Shown here piece after piece: positions 54,956 to 64,000 of a stretch of DNA of 64,000 nt. How positions within the stretch are numbered: the first letter of the stretch is position 1; each line of letters opens with the position of its first letter. Under the pieces are notes generated by a model. It was not told the origin of the DNA. It made no database searches and saw only the letters and a list, made by a program, of their open reading frames with translations. A program made the position numbers and the translations under genes. This DNA is from a virus (lineage: Duplodnaviria > Heunggongvirae > Uroviricota > Caudoviricetes > Thumleimavirales > Hafunaviridae). The stretch is from positions 1 through 64,000 of IMG/VR virus record IMGVR_UViG_638276137_000001; one strand, written 5' to 3'.

Positions 54956-55324
54956 CTATTCCGTGTGCGTTACCGATTCGTTTTCGCCACTATTCACCAC
55001 GCTCGCCGTCCCCGCTCCGGGGTCACTCGTAGAGTCACCGACCCGAACGACAGGACTACCATTCACCGTGATAGACGGATTCTCGTCGGGAACGAGGTCG
55101 TGGGACGAATAGCTCGTACAAGCCGGTGGGTCGCCACTATATGCGTGAGCATGAGAGGGAAAGTGCATCGAGTCGTTGTGGTCGGTGATAGGAACGTCGT
55201 TGATAGTCACCGATTTATCCCCGTCAGCGTCCTTCGTCTGTCCCGTCACCGTAGATTGACACTCCGAAGGGTGGCCGTCAGCTTCACACAACGTCCCGTG
55301 AACTGAGATTTTTTTAGTAGACAT
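54956..55324 (-). CDS. PAAR-like spike-tip protein (His/Cys metal site)
   Basis: 122 aa with VHGTLCEADGHPSEC and HFPSHAHAY...C, plus VVRVGDSTSDPGAG-type repeats. Confidence 0.4.
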   Translation of the reverse strand: MSTKKISVHGTLCEADGHPSECQSTVTGQTKDADGDKSVTINDVPITDHNDSMHFPSHAHAYSGDPPACTSYSSHDLVPDENPSITVNGSPVVRVGDSTSDPGAGTASVVNSGENESVTHTE

Positions 55325-56249
55325 ACTTCAAGATAACAATACCAGAGCCACCGTCACCACCGTATGCGTCTGAGCTTGCGGAGAGAGAACTATCACGCTC
55401 TGAACCGCCGCCACCCCCTCCGGTGTTGGGCATTGCGTCTTCACCGACGTTTAGACCGGAGCCATCCGAGACTTCGACTCCCCCGTTACCCCCACCGCCG
55501 TTACCTCCGAGAGAACGACCGTTCGGGCCGGATGCCGTAGTAGAATAGACACTACCACCGCCACCACCAGCGAACCAACCGTTTTCGCCGTACTGAGTGC
55601 CGAAGGTCGAGCTAAAGTCCATACCGTCACCACCTTGGGAGTCCCCATCGGCGTCACCGGGTTCACCCGCCCCACCACCGCCGGACGAGTATTCGTTGAT
55701 TCGGCCGTGAATACTTCCGTGACCGTATCCGCCGTCAGTAGCAGGCTGAAGTGCGGAACCGGGTTGGCTCTCGTCTGTCGCACCACCACCAGAACCCCCA
55801 TCTCTACCGCCGTAATCAGACGAGATTCTTGATGTGTAAGCGCCACCGCCCCCACCACCGATAGCCGTCAAGTCACCGAAGGTGGAGTCCTCGCCGTTGT
55901 GACCGTGCGAGGTGTCCCAATCGCCGTTGTCACCTTCACCTCCAGCACCTCCAGCGCCGACTGTGAGGGTCACGTCTCCCGAAACTGGATAGGAGGTCTT
56001 GTGAATCAGACCGCCAGCACCCCCACCAGCGCCGTGTGGAGAGCCACCACCTCCGCCCCCACCACCGACGACGAGAACTTCAACTTCACTAACTCCGGGG
56101 TTCGACCAAGTGTGAGTCCCGGTAGTAGTGAACGATTCGATGTGTGTAGTCTGTTTCCGTGTAATCTCCTCCCACGAACCGTTTACGTAAACATAAGAAT
56201 TTGCCATATCTTTCCAAGAAGAACCAGAACGATAATAGAACTCAACCAT
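55314..56249 (-). CDS. Glycine-rich tail protein (paralogue-like of the 49933..50970 product)
   Basis: GGGGGGGG tracts. The C-terminus GDGGSGIVILKYVY parallels AGGLIVLVSENISG in the other Gly-rich protein. Confidence 0.5.
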   Translation of the reverse strand: MVEFYYRSGSSWKDMANSYVYVNGSWEEITRKQTTHIESFTTTGTHTWSNPGVSEVEVLVVGGGGGGGGSPHGAGGGAGGLIHKTSYPVSGDVTLTVGAGGAGGEGDNGDWDTSHGHNGEDSTFGDLTAIGGGGGGAYTSRISSDYGGRDGGSGGGATDESQPGSALQPATDGGYGHGSIHGRINEYSSGGGGAGEPGDADGDSQGGDGMDFSSTFGTQYGENGWFAGGGGGSVYSTTASGPNGRSLGGNGGGGNGGVEVSDGSGLNVGEDAMPNTGGGGGGSERDSSLSASSDAYGGDGGSGIVILKYVY

Positions 56250-56251
56250 AT

Positions 56252-57232
56252 CTACGGTTTAATCCAAATATCGCCCTCGGACGGGTTAGTTGGTTCAGTA
56301 GACTGGAAATGAATTTCTTGCCCTCCGGTCGTAATATCCGAACCCTCAATTCCATCAACGGTATCAGCGTCACCTGCTGTATCCGCCGTACTCGCATTTC
56401 CTGATATATCCACATCGAGGGCGTTAGCTATCGCTTCAACAGCCGCTACTGCTTCCGAGTCCGTGTACCGAGTATGGTGGTCGTCAGTATTGACGTTCGT
56501 TAGCTGGTCGTGACTCGAAGCTCCACCAAGCTCCGAAGCGTGCTTTCCATCAACCGTGTCGGCATCGCCCGAAATGTCAACTCCCAACGTAGAGGTCAGG
56601 GCCTCGATAGCCGAAACCGCCTCCGAATCCGTGTACCGAGAGTGGTGTGCGCTTCCATCTCCTGCGTGAGCATCAAGCTCGGCCTGAGTCGCAGTATCGA
56701 AGGCGAGGTCAGACTCCTCGATGCTTGTATCAGTAGAAGTAGAGCCGTCAGAACCAGAACCGTCCGAAGTAGAACCACCGTCAGAGCTGTCCTCAAATGG
56801 AGTACCGCTCGTGTCGAAGTCCACCGAGTTAGACTTGAATTGGATATGCCCGTCACGACCAGTACGCATACCCCACCCGTTCGACTCGATAGTTAGGTCG
56901 TCAGAAGCAGTAAGACGAGTATCATAGCTTCCGTCCTCGTTCTTCGAGAACTCAAGCTTCGTCCCATCATCGAACTTCATGGTCTGCTCGTACCCTTCCA
57001 CATCGTCTGGAAGTAGTGACTCGTCGGTTTCGAGAACCCCGAGAATCACCATTAGATTGTCCTCGGTCTTTTCCATCAAGACGCGAGAACCCTCCGTGAT
57101 AGACTGGATGTGTCCGGGGTGCTGGTGCATCATTGGCACTTCTTTGTAAGTTACCCCCGCGCGTGCCACCTGAACATCAGCGAGAAGAATACCGGAGCTG
57201 ACCGTCGTAGATGTAACAATTCCGTGAATCAT
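56252..57232 (-). CDS. Baseplate central spike (gpV/gp5-like OB fold) with a C-terminal tandem repeat
   Basis: N-terminus GIVTSTTVSSGILLADVQVARAGVTYKEVPMMHQHPG. Two roughly 40-aa repeats HH(S/T)RYTDSEAV(S/A)A(I/V)EA...VDISG. Confidence 0.5.
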   Translation of the reverse strand: MIHGIVTSTTVSSGILLADVQVARAGVTYKEVPMMHQHPGHIQSITEGSRVLMEKTEDNLMVILGVLETDESLLPDDVEGYEQTMKFDDGTKLEFSKNEDGSYDTRLTASDDLTIESNGWGMRTGRDGHIQFKSNSVDFDTSGTPFEDSSDGGSTSDGSGSDGSTSTDTSIEESDLAFDTATQAELDAHAGDGSAHHSRYTDSEAVSAIEALTSTLGVDISGDADTVDGKHASELGGASSHDQLTNVNTDDHHTRYTDSEAVAAVEAIANALDVDISGNASTADTAGDADTVDGIEGSDITTGGQEIHFQSTEPTNPSEGDIWIKP

Positions 57233-57233
57233 A

Positions 57234-58676
57234 TCAGATAATGTCGTTCAGTTGGAAGCCCTCGTTGTCGTCTTTGCGGGCCTCGTAGGTTTCCTCGTCC
57301 ACGTAATCGCCACTCGTCGGGTCGAAGTAGCGATTGTAGACCTTCACTCTGTCCGGGTGTAGGTGTCCGTCCATCACCGGAACCACATCGAGTCGGAGCG
57401 ACCACTCACCGTCCTCGGTGAGATTGTGCTGGACACCAGTAACGGAGAACTTCTCCAACTGGACGTTAGACTTACAGGAATCGCCGTTGTTCTCGGCGGG
57501 AACAGTAACGATGTTGTCCCCAATCTGAACATCCCGAACGTCAGTCCACATATCGCCCGAGTGCGAAGGCAGAACTTCAAGATTTCCGCTCCATTGTTTC
57601 CGCTGTTCGTTCATCATCTTCTGCTTCGCCACCTCTTTCAGCGCGTCGGCAGACGCATCGAGGTCTTCGGGTTCGATGATACGTCCGAAGTCGAGGTCGG
57701 GACGCTCAGCAACACCCTCCATGCGGAAGTCCAAGATGTTGCGGCCCTGATTCACGAACTCCCCGATGTTGTCGGCAAGACTATCGTTCGGGTCGTGAAC
57801 CTGCTTCCCTCGAACGACGACCTTCATAATCGGGTCGCGTGGTGGATTGATGTTGTAGTCAATCAGCTTCCACACACGAGGGTCGTCGGGAGCCGCCAAG
57901 TGGTCGATTCCAGTAGCCTGCCGACTACCGACCCATAACTTCCCGTCCGGGGCCACCCACGTTGTGACTCCGAACTTCTCGTTCATTTCGAGAATTGCCT
58001 CCCAAGGAGACACCTGCTTGAAGTCCAGAGCGTAGTGCCCGTCGATGATGTTGTGGACGTTCTCGGCTTCGAGGTCGCGGATAACGTCTTCCTCGTGCTT
58101 TGGCTCGAACGAGCCGGTCTGGTCTCTGCGGGCTTGTTCAATCATCCGCCACGTCTTGCGGTTCTTCAAGTCAAGGAACCACCCACCGGGCTTCATCCGG
58201 CTGTCGAGCTGTTCGTAAGCATCGCCGGGGGCATTAAACTCGATTCCCGAGAACATGACCCCGTTCGACGTATCCCGCTGGTTGAACACGTAGCGGTACG
58301 CTTCTTCGAGTCGGACGTTCTGCCGCTGATAATCCACAACGCCACGGTCGAGATACTTCTGACAGTCGTGAAGCTCGATGTGGACGTTGTTAGCCCCGAA
58401 GTGAACCGCGTCGGGGAGGTAAATCATCCGGTGAATAGCCTCTCCGCCGAGCTTGATTACAACAGGACGAGGGCGGTGAAGTAGACCGTCTTCATCAAGG
58501 ACTGCCGACTCGATGTGTTGGGCCACTCCTTGAGAGAACTTCGAGCGAACGAAATCGAACTTATTGACATTCCTCTGGAAGTCCATCGTGAGAGGACGAA
58601 TCTCAAGAATCGGATTATCGAGGTCGTTATCCTCTCCGATGAACGCAAAGGAAACCTCAGCGTCTTCGCAATTCAT
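57234..58676 (-). CDS. Putative baseplate hub or tail protein
   Basis: 480-aa ORF between the tape measure region and the spike. Called by position only. Confidence 0.4.
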   Translation of the reverse strand: MNCEDAEVSFAFIGEDNDLDNPILEIRPLTMDFQRNVNKFDFVRSKFSQGVAQHIESAVLDEDGLLHRPRPVVIKLGGEAIHRMIYLPDAVHFGANNVHIELHDCQKYLDRGVVDYQRQNVRLEEAYRYVFNQRDTSNGVMFSGIEFNAPGDAYEQLDSRMKPGGWFLDLKNRKTWRMIEQARRDQTGSFEPKHEEDVIRDLEAENVHNIIDGHYALDFKQVSPWEAILEMNEKFGVTTWVAPDGKLWVGSRQATGIDHLAAPDDPRVWKLIDYNINPPRDPIMKVVVRGKQVHDPNDSLADNIGEFVNQGRNILDFRMEGVAERPDLDFGRIIEPEDLDASADALKEVAKQKMMNEQRKQWSGNLEVLPSHSGDMWTDVRDVQIGDNIVTVPAENNGDSCKSNVQLEKFSVTGVQHNLTEDGEWSLRLDVVPVMDGHLHPDRVKVYNRYFDPTSGDYVDEETYEARKDDNEGFQLNDII

Positions 58677-59206
58677 CCGATAAGCTCGCTCACAATATCG
58701 TTCTCGGTGTCGTTGCCAAACTCGTCAAGACCAGTAGAGACGAAATCGAGCGTGTATTTGAACATCCATTGCTTCTTAACAGGATTCCAACCCGATAGCT
58801 CGCCAACGTCCCCACCCTTCACGTAGCACTCCATCCCGCCCTGAGGCGAAATCGGAGTGAACATATCCACAACGCCGTCGTGTTCCGCAAGCGTCTGAAC
58901 GCGGCGGAGATTTTCCTCAAGAATAACTCCAGTAGCGTGAAACTCGGAGTTCTTCATCTTCTTGATAGAAATGTCCTCACCACGGCATTGCTGTCCCTCG
59001 CGTCGTAGCTCTTTGTCGAACTTCTGAACGAAGCGGTCGGGATAGAACATCGGCGCGAACTCGAAAAGAGCAGGCCGATTTACTTCGCCATCACTTCCAT
59101 CGTTGTCGGTTTCGGGGTTCCCCAAAGCGACAACTCGGAACGTGATAGTTTCGTTTGGCCCTTCCGAGATTGGGTCTTCATCGAAGTTATATTCAGAACT
59201 ACTCAT
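58673..59206 (-). CDS. Putative tail protein
   Basis: 177-aa ORF immediately after the tape measure gene. Confidence 0.4.
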   Translation of the reverse strand: MSSSEYNFDEDPISEGPNETITFRVVALGNPETDNDGSDGEVNRPALFEFAPMFYPDRFVQKFDKELRREGQQCRGEDISIKKMKNSEFHATGVILEENLRRVQTLAEHDGVVDMFTPISPQGGMECYVKGGDVGELSGWNPVKKQWMFKYTLDFVSTGLDEFGNDTENDIVSELIG

Positions 59207-61024
59207 TTAGGTTCCTTCACCGCTGTTAAGAGAGAGCGACCGAGTGGAGTCGGTCTGATTGTTCAGAGTCGCTACGTCCCACATCTTCTGCTCGGTCGGG
59301 CCGTCAACCGACCCATCAACGTTGAAGTTGTAGGTATCTCCCTCGTTGACAACCGTACTACCCGAGCCAGCACCGCCGTAATTCGCACCGCTACCCGTGG
59401 TCGGCGGGCCTTTCGGCTTCATCGCCTTGTAAGCGAGGTAGCCACCACCGACCAGCAGAGCGCCGATTCCCGTAGCGACCAGAGCCGCTTGGAGAAGGCC
59501 GAGTGAAGCAACCGCAGACATAACCGCGCCTTTCACGGTCGCCATAGCACCAACCGCACTCGAAGCGAGTCCGGCCATCGCGCTCGAACCAGTAATCCCG
59601 AGGATTTGGAACGCAACGCGAACCTTCGCCATCGTCACGATGGTCTTCGCCAGCACCACTCCGATGAGCGTGAACATGACGATAACCGACGCGAGCGCCC
59701 GGTACATCGGCTGACTGATAACCTGAGTCAACCAAACCACCGCGTCAATAACCGGGGCCAGCATCACCACGAGGTGAGCGAATATCTTAGAGAGATTGTA
59801 GATAATCTCAATGACGGACATAATCACGCCACCGAGCTTAATCAGGCTCTCCTGATTCCGGTACGCTTCGATGGTCGCCCACTCGAAGAAGTCGATAATC
59901 TTCGTCCCGATGATGCTACCAAACCGCATTGTGACCTGACTGGCAATATCATCGAGGTCGCCCATCGTGTAGATAAGCTCGGCAACCCAATCCGTCATAC
60001 CCCGAAGACCGTCGAACAGAGCGTACTGGTAACTGGTTCCAGCAAGCTCTTTCAGCGCGTCGTTGACCTTCCCGAGCTGAACGGGAAGCACGTCAAAGAC
60101 GGCGGCCTGAATCGGAGCGAAAGTCTGCATCGAGGGCTGGAACGTCTCGTACAGGTCTTCCTTCAGTTGGGAGAGCTGAGCCTGAGCGTTCCGCCACGAC
60201 TCGGCCATACTGTTACCGTGGCCGACCAAACCGAGGCCGATGAACGCCGCACCAGCACCGGCCATAGCGAGCATCGAGGTAGCAACACCGGACGCCTGAA
60301 CAGCGAACGCAATCAGGGCCGGGAGCGCGAGAGCAATCAGTTGCCACCACTTCGCCATCGAGGGAATCGCGCTACGGATAATGCCTCGAAGGTTCGAGAC
60401 ACGACCGCTCATCCGCTTGGTCATTTTCCCCATCCGACCAAGCCGGAGACTGTCGGGTTTGACACCCTTCGCGTCAAGAAGCGTTGCGACCCCCGAATCT
60501 CTATCCGAGGACACACCGCCCCACGGGACGTTACTCGTTACGAATCCAGAGAGAAGGCCGTCACCAAGCGTCTCCGAAAGAGCATCGTTTATTTTCTTGA
60601 TATTTCTCTGACGGTCAACCTCAAAGTCGAGGTCGGCACTACCCACGTCGTTCGCACTCGTGCCGAATCCCGCGCCTTCCATCCGGCGCAGAATTTCCCG
60701 CATACTCATCCCCGCGCCCGAACGCGAGGTGGTATATCTATCTCCGCTATCACTCCCGGTGTCTCCACCGGAATCGCCCCCTCCTACGGGAGCGCCAGTA
60801 TCAATTTCAAGTTCTTCAAGCCGGGACGCAACATCATCGAGGTCGTCAACCAGATTGTCGCCTAACCCATCGAGGGTCTTCGCAATATCATCCAGTTGAG
60901 ATTTGAAGTCGCCGTCAAAGGAGAAGTCGAAGTCGTCCTCAAGAGCCTCAAGCTGACCCTTGACTTCGCCCAACTTCGCCATAACGTCCCCGGCCTGAAG
61001 GTCGAGGTCGATTGTAACAGACAT
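59207..61024 (-). CDS. Tail tape measure protein
   Basis: 605 aa. N-terminal coiled coil, a central cluster of hydrophobic/TM segments (WWQLIALALPALIAFAVQASGVATSMLAMAGAGAAFIGLGLVG) and a Gly-rich C-terminus. It lies downstream of the chaperone pair. Confidence 0.6.
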   Translation of the reverse strand: MSVTIDLDLQAGDVMAKLGEVKGQLEALEDDFDFSFDGDFKSQLDDIAKTLDGLGDNLVDDLDDVASRLEELEIDTGAPVGGGDSGGDTGSDSGDRYTTSRSGAGMSMREILRRMEGAGFGTSANDVGSADLDFEVDRQRNIKKINDALSETLGDGLLSGFVTSNVPWGGVSSDRDSGVATLLDAKGVKPDSLRLGRMGKMTKRMSGRVSNLRGIIRSAIPSMAKWWQLIALALPALIAFAVQASGVATSMLAMAGAGAAFIGLGLVGHGNSMAESWRNAQAQLSQLKEDLYETFQPSMQTFAPIQAAVFDVLPVQLGKVNDALKELAGTSYQYALFDGLRGMTDWVAELIYTMGDLDDIASQVTMRFGSIIGTKIIDFFEWATIEAYRNQESLIKLGGVIMSVIEIIYNLSKIFAHLVVMLAPVIDAVVWLTQVISQPMYRALASVIVMFTLIGVVLAKTIVTMAKVRVAFQILGITGSSAMAGLASSAVGAMATVKGAVMSAVASLGLLQAALVATGIGALLVGGGYLAYKAMKPKGPPTTGSGANYGGAGSGSTVVNEGDTYNFNVDGSVDGPTEQKMWDVATLNNQTDSTRSLSLNSGEGT

Positions 61025-61026
61025 AA

Positions 61027-61422
61027 TTAGTCAACGAACGTGACGTTCGCCTCTGGATTTTCTTCGGAACTGTCGTTCACATACCGTACTGTCTCACTCC
61101 GAGAGCGCCGACCATTACCGCCGCCGACGCTCGGGTGTGCCGAGTTTGGAGTGCGACCTCCGCCGCCCAAGTCACCGTTCTGAGCGGCTTCCATCTTCTT
61201 CTCCTGCTCGCGGTTTTCGCGTACCTTCTCGGCCTCGAATATCTGCCGCTGGAACGGAGTCATTTCGAGCTGGTCGTCTGAGCCAACGAAACCAGCATCA
61301 AGTTCCGACTTGAGGCCGAAGATTACGCTCGCGGCCCCACTATCTGCGAAACTTCTCAGCGTCCTCTGCGTTGCTGGAAATGTCCAGCACACGCTCCGCA
61401 ATCTCGATGGACTTGCCGCCAA
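61027..61422 (-). CDS. Second overlapping chaperone-like ORF (possible frameshift extension, gpT-like)
   Basis: It overlaps 61340..61810 in the -1 frame over 83 nt. The track gives it a TTG start, and it opens right after a stop. Confidence 0.3.
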   Translation of the reverse strand: MAASPSRLRSVCWTFPATQRTLRSFADSGAASVIFGLKSELDAGFVGSDDQLEMTPFQRQIFEAEKVRENREQEKKMEAAQNGDLGGGGRTPNSAHPSVGGGNGRRSRSETVRYVNDSSEENPEANVTFVD

Positions 61423-61810
61423 TCAGGTCACGGATAGTTTCGAGAACCATCTCGTCTTCAAGACCCTCGGCGTCACCCTGCGTGGTGTCAACGCCCTTCG
61501 CCGCCGCTTCCTGCATAATACCGACGAACTCCTTGTCGAAGTTCGCAATATCAATCGAGTCGTCTTCGCCCGCCTCTCTCTCCTCCTCGATGCGTTCCTT
61601 CGCTTCCTCGGTGTCCATCTCCAGCTTGTCTTCGAGGAAAGCCGCAATCGGAAGGAACTCAAGGTCGGTCAGCGGCTTGAGGTAGAGAGTCAGACTCTCC
61701 CCGAGGTAGCTCGTTTTAAACTCCTCGCGGTAGTTCTTCCCTCTGAGAGCCAGTTCGCGGAGCTTCGAGATGTTAACGTCGTTACTGTCGTTGTCGGTTT
61801 CGTCAGCCAT
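61340..61810 (-). CDS. Acidic tail assembly chaperone-like protein (gpG-like)
   Basis: 156-aa acidic ORF just upstream of the tape measure gene, overlapping the next ORF. Confidence 0.45.
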   Translation of the reverse strand: MADETDNDSNDVNISKLRELALRGKNYREEFKTSYLGESLTLYLKPLTDLEFLPIAAFLEDKLEMDTEEAKERIEEEREAGEDDSIDIANFDKEFVGIMQEAAAKGVDTTQGDAEGLEDEMVLETIRDLIGGKSIEIAERVLDISSNAEDAEKFRR

Positions 61811-61862
61811 GATAAATGAAAGTGTAAAAGATTAGTTACTGCGCTATGCGTGAGAGCCGAGT

Positions 61863-62405
61863 TTACGAACTCTCGGAGTCCGTCTCGGGGTCTTTCGAGG
61901 ACTTGTCCATCGCAATCCAGTCGAAGGCAGTCTCCGTCTCGGATTCAGACTGAACCTCGTAGGAATCGCTCGTCACGAGAACGTCCTCGAACGTCTCGGT
62001 CTTCCCCGAAAGCTCGTGGGTGATGGTGACAGAGCAGGGGACAGGGACGCCCTGAGCATCGTAGATAAGCGACTCGATGCTAACAGGCTCGTTGTCGGGG
62101 CCGTGGACACGCTCGCCCTTGAACATCATCGAGCCGGAGTAGCTGATGGAAGTGACCGAATAGCCGGTCGCCTTCAGCGAAGATTCCCGAATCTCGGAAA
62201 TCTCAATATCCTTCGTGGTGTCCAACTGCGAGATAGGCACTCGAAGCGTACCAGCGTCAACAGCACCACCAGCATCATCGAACCCATCGACCTCATCGAA
62301 GTCAGTATTCTCGAAGTCGCCTTCAGTAACCTGTTCGCCACCCTTCGAGATGTTCAGGGTAATGTTCGCCGCGCTCTCAATCCGGTCAACGTTAGAAGCA
62401 GACAT
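61863..62405 (-). CDS. Putative tail tube protein
   Basis: 180 aa, between the sheath-like gene and the chaperones. The call rests on gene order. Confidence 0.4.
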   Translation of the reverse strand: MSASNVDRIESAANITLNISKGGEQVTEGDFENTDFDEVDGFDDAGGAVDAGTLRVPISQLDTTKDIEISEIRESSLKATGYSVTSISYSGSMMFKGERVHGPDNEPVSIESLIYDAQGVPVPCSVTITHELSGKTETFEDVLVTSDSYEVQSESETETAFDWIAMDKSSKDPETDSESS

Positions 62406-62433
62406 AATGAATTAAAAAAGGTTGTTTGAGTCT

Positions 62434-63726
62434 TTACGCCGAAGTCCCAATCGTAACCGTGTTCTCGATGAACCGGAGGGGCTTCGCGGTCTTGACCTGA
62501 ATTTCAACAGCCGCAGTCGTCGCATCGACTCGGGACACCGACACGCGGTAGTCCACGATAGCGTTCGACCGCTTGAGCGTGTTGAGCTGGTTGCTCAGAA
62601 GACCCTCAAGCGAAGCACGAACCGCACGGCTGTTGAGACGCCCGATGAAGGGCTGTTCATTGACTCGAATGGTCGTGATAACGTAGTCCATCACGAGCCG
62701 AGTGAATCCGAAGCGGATACCCGCTTCATCCGTGTTCGTGTCGCTGACGGAGTTAACGTCGTCAGCAATTCGAGCGCCCTCGCTTTCATCAGCGAGAGGA
62801 ACCACGCGCTCGTCAATCAGCTCACCACGCTCTGCCTTGTTCAGACTAACAGCGAGCGACTTGACGGACGAGAGGCGCTTGTTGATTGGCGTGGTCGTGA
62901 TACCGAGCTTCGCCCGGAGGCCAGCGTAGGCCCCGAGCGTGGAGTAGCCCTCAGAGTCCCGAGCAGGGTAGACGACCTGAACGCGAGAATCATCGAAGGA
63001 GCTGGAGTAGTTCGCCGGGTCGAGGCCGGGAACAGCGCCGACGATAGCCAGCGCAAGATTGTATTCTCCAGCCATCGCGTTGACGGTCGCCTGAGCATCC
63101 TCCGTAACCGAAGGGTTCTCACTCAGAGGAGCGAAGAAGTCAACTGCGCCACCAGCACCCTCAGCGAGAGCCGAGTTGCCAGCCGAGTAGTCGGCAGTAG
63201 CGTAGTCCACCGAGTCGCCCGTGCTACCCACCGTAGCATCCGGGTCGATTTTGAAGTCGCGGCTTGCGGGGTTGACGTAGACCTCGCCAGCGCCGGGAGT
63301 CAGCTCGCTCAGGTCTTCGTAGACCAGAACAGTATCGAGCGTAGCCCCGTCGATGGTAAAGACCACATCGGATGCGTCCTCGCTCACCGGCCCCTCGGCC
63401 AGCGTGCCCGTGTTAGAGGCGAGAGTGGAGAGGTCTTCGCCCGTAACGTCCACGAGGTCAACCGCGACCGCGTAGACCGGGTAAGCTCCCTCCGAGAGAG
63501 CATCGAGGATGTTGCGAGTGAGCGGGCTGTCCTCACCGAACCACTCGCGGGCCTTCGTAGCGCGAGTGACCTGATAGACAGAGTTCGTCTGTGCCGTTCC
63601 ATTCACGAGGTCAGCCTGTCCGACGAGTCCCACGTCGGCAGGAGCGCCCCCACTCGAAGTGACGGAGAGCGCCGAGTTGACGTTCGTGACAATACCGGGT
63701 TCGATAGTGTTGCCGTAGTCAGCCAT
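62434..63726 (-). CDS. Putative contractile tail sheath protein
   Basis: 430 aa. The C-terminal half (YPARDSEGYSTLGAYAGLRAKLG...GIRFGFTRLV...IVDYRVSVSRVD) resembles phage sheath proteins. It lies upstream of the tube, chaperones and tape measure genes. Confidence 0.5.
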   Translation of the reverse strand: MADYGNTIEPGIVTNVNSALSVTSSGGAPADVGLVGQADLVNGTAQTNSVYQVTRATKAREWFGEDSPLTRNILDALSEGAYPVYAVAVDLVDVTGEDLSTLASNTGTLAEGPVSEDASDVVFTIDGATLDTVLVYEDLSELTPGAGEVYVNPASRDFKIDPDATVGSTGDSVDYATADYSAGNSALAEGAGGAVDFFAPLSENPSVTEDAQATVNAMAGEYNLALAIVGAVPGLDPANYSSSFDDSRVQVVYPARDSEGYSTLGAYAGLRAKLGITTTPINKRLSSVKSLAVSLNKAERGELIDERVVPLADESEGARIADDVNSVSDTNTDEAGIRFGFTRLVMDYVITTIRVNEQPFIGRLNSRAVRASLEGLLSNQLNTLKRSNAIVDYRVSVSRVDATTAAVEIQVKTAKPLRFIENTVTIGTSA

Positions 63727-63734
63727 AGATAGAA

Positions 63735-63935
63735 TTAGGAAATGTCGATTGAGTCAACGACCGATTCAATCGCTTCGCCGCTGGAGTCGGTCGTCTCAAA
63801 GAACGATACAAGCTCGAAAGCTTGGTGTATTTCAGTCTCAGCAGGCTCGTTGAACGTGTAGTTCACCGAACCCGAGCTGAGTAGCCGGATTTCGTTCACA
63901 TCCGGGTGGAACGTTTCCCACGGCCTCCCACTCAA
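63735..63935 (-). CDS. Small hypothetical protein upstream of the sheath gene
   Basis: ORF track, 66 aa. Upstream head genes are outside the window. Confidence 0.3.
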   Translation of the reverse strand: MSGRPWETFHPDVNEIRLLSSGSVNYTFNEPAETEIHQAFELVSFFETTDSSGEAIESVVDSIDIS

Positions 63936-64000
63936 TTCAGCCAGCGCCGACTGAAGATGAGTGAGATTTTCGTAGGCTCCCGTTTCGGAGTCGTCTCGAA

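Noticed and set aside
59606-60865. 419-aa plus-strand ORF antisense to the tape measure gene
   Set aside because: The Arg/His-rich product is implausible. The minus strand fits the contiguous late operon.
62422-63732. 436-aa plus-strand ORF antisense to the sheath-like gene
   Set aside because: Arg/Val/Ser-rich antisense artefact. The minus-strand product has sheath-like conserved segments and operon context.

Overview
This window reads as most of a linear tailed archaeal virus genome, about 56% GC with acidic, halophile-type proteins, so a haloarchaeal myovirus in the HF1/HF2 style is my inference. I could not run a database search. From left to right the layout is: (1) about 1.9 kb with no convincing ORF, packed with GC-rich hairpins and tandem 14-nt repeats. 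(2) Positions 1.9-15.7 kb carry a plus-strand block of about 40 small, mostly acidic proteins, many with zinc ribbons, plus a Rad3/XPD/DinG-like helicase. (3) Positions 16-21 kb carry a divergent region with an ERCC4-like nuclease, a LAGLIDADG-like protein, tRNA-Arg(TCT), tRNA-Asn(GTT), a short-D-arm tRNA-Tyr-like gene and one non-canonical tRNA-like element. An SPFH/band-7 membrane protein with a tiny transmembrane partner also sits here. (4) Positions 21-39 kb hold the replication and nucleotide-metabolism module. It contains an ATPase/winged-helix protein, an archaeo-eukaryotic primase, an HTH-metallophosphoesterase fusion, a Cas4-like Fe-S nuclease, family B DNA polymerase, ThyX, dCTP deaminase and RtcB RNA ligase, ending in a clear hairpin/oligo-T terminator. 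(5) Positions 39.4-45.2 kb hold a tyrosine integrase (minus strand), a tRNA 3'-fragment-like sequence and a 1297-aa MmeI-like type IIG restriction-modification fusion (PD-ExK nuclease plus gamma-class NPPY methyltransferase). (6) A ribonucleotide reductase (minus strand, NPCAEQ motif, probably class II) has a roughly 190-nt leader. (7) Positions 49-64 kb hold the minus-strand late tail operon. Reading in transcription order it runs tail sheath, tube, two overlapping chaperone-like ORFs, tape measure, baseplate proteins (gpV-like spike with tandem repeats, PAAR-like, gpW/gp25-like, gpJ-like, gpI-like) and Gly-rich fibres. Capsid, portal and terminase genes must lie beyond coordinate 64000. A composite regulatory element recurs: CCTCACTCTAATAGACGG plus an AAAGACTTAAAG...CTTTAAGTCTT palindrome that contains a TATA-like TTTAAG. 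Many genes also end in, or are followed by, a TAAAGACTY motif that often forms inverted repeats. Long ORFs antisense to these genes were rejected as high-GC artefacts.
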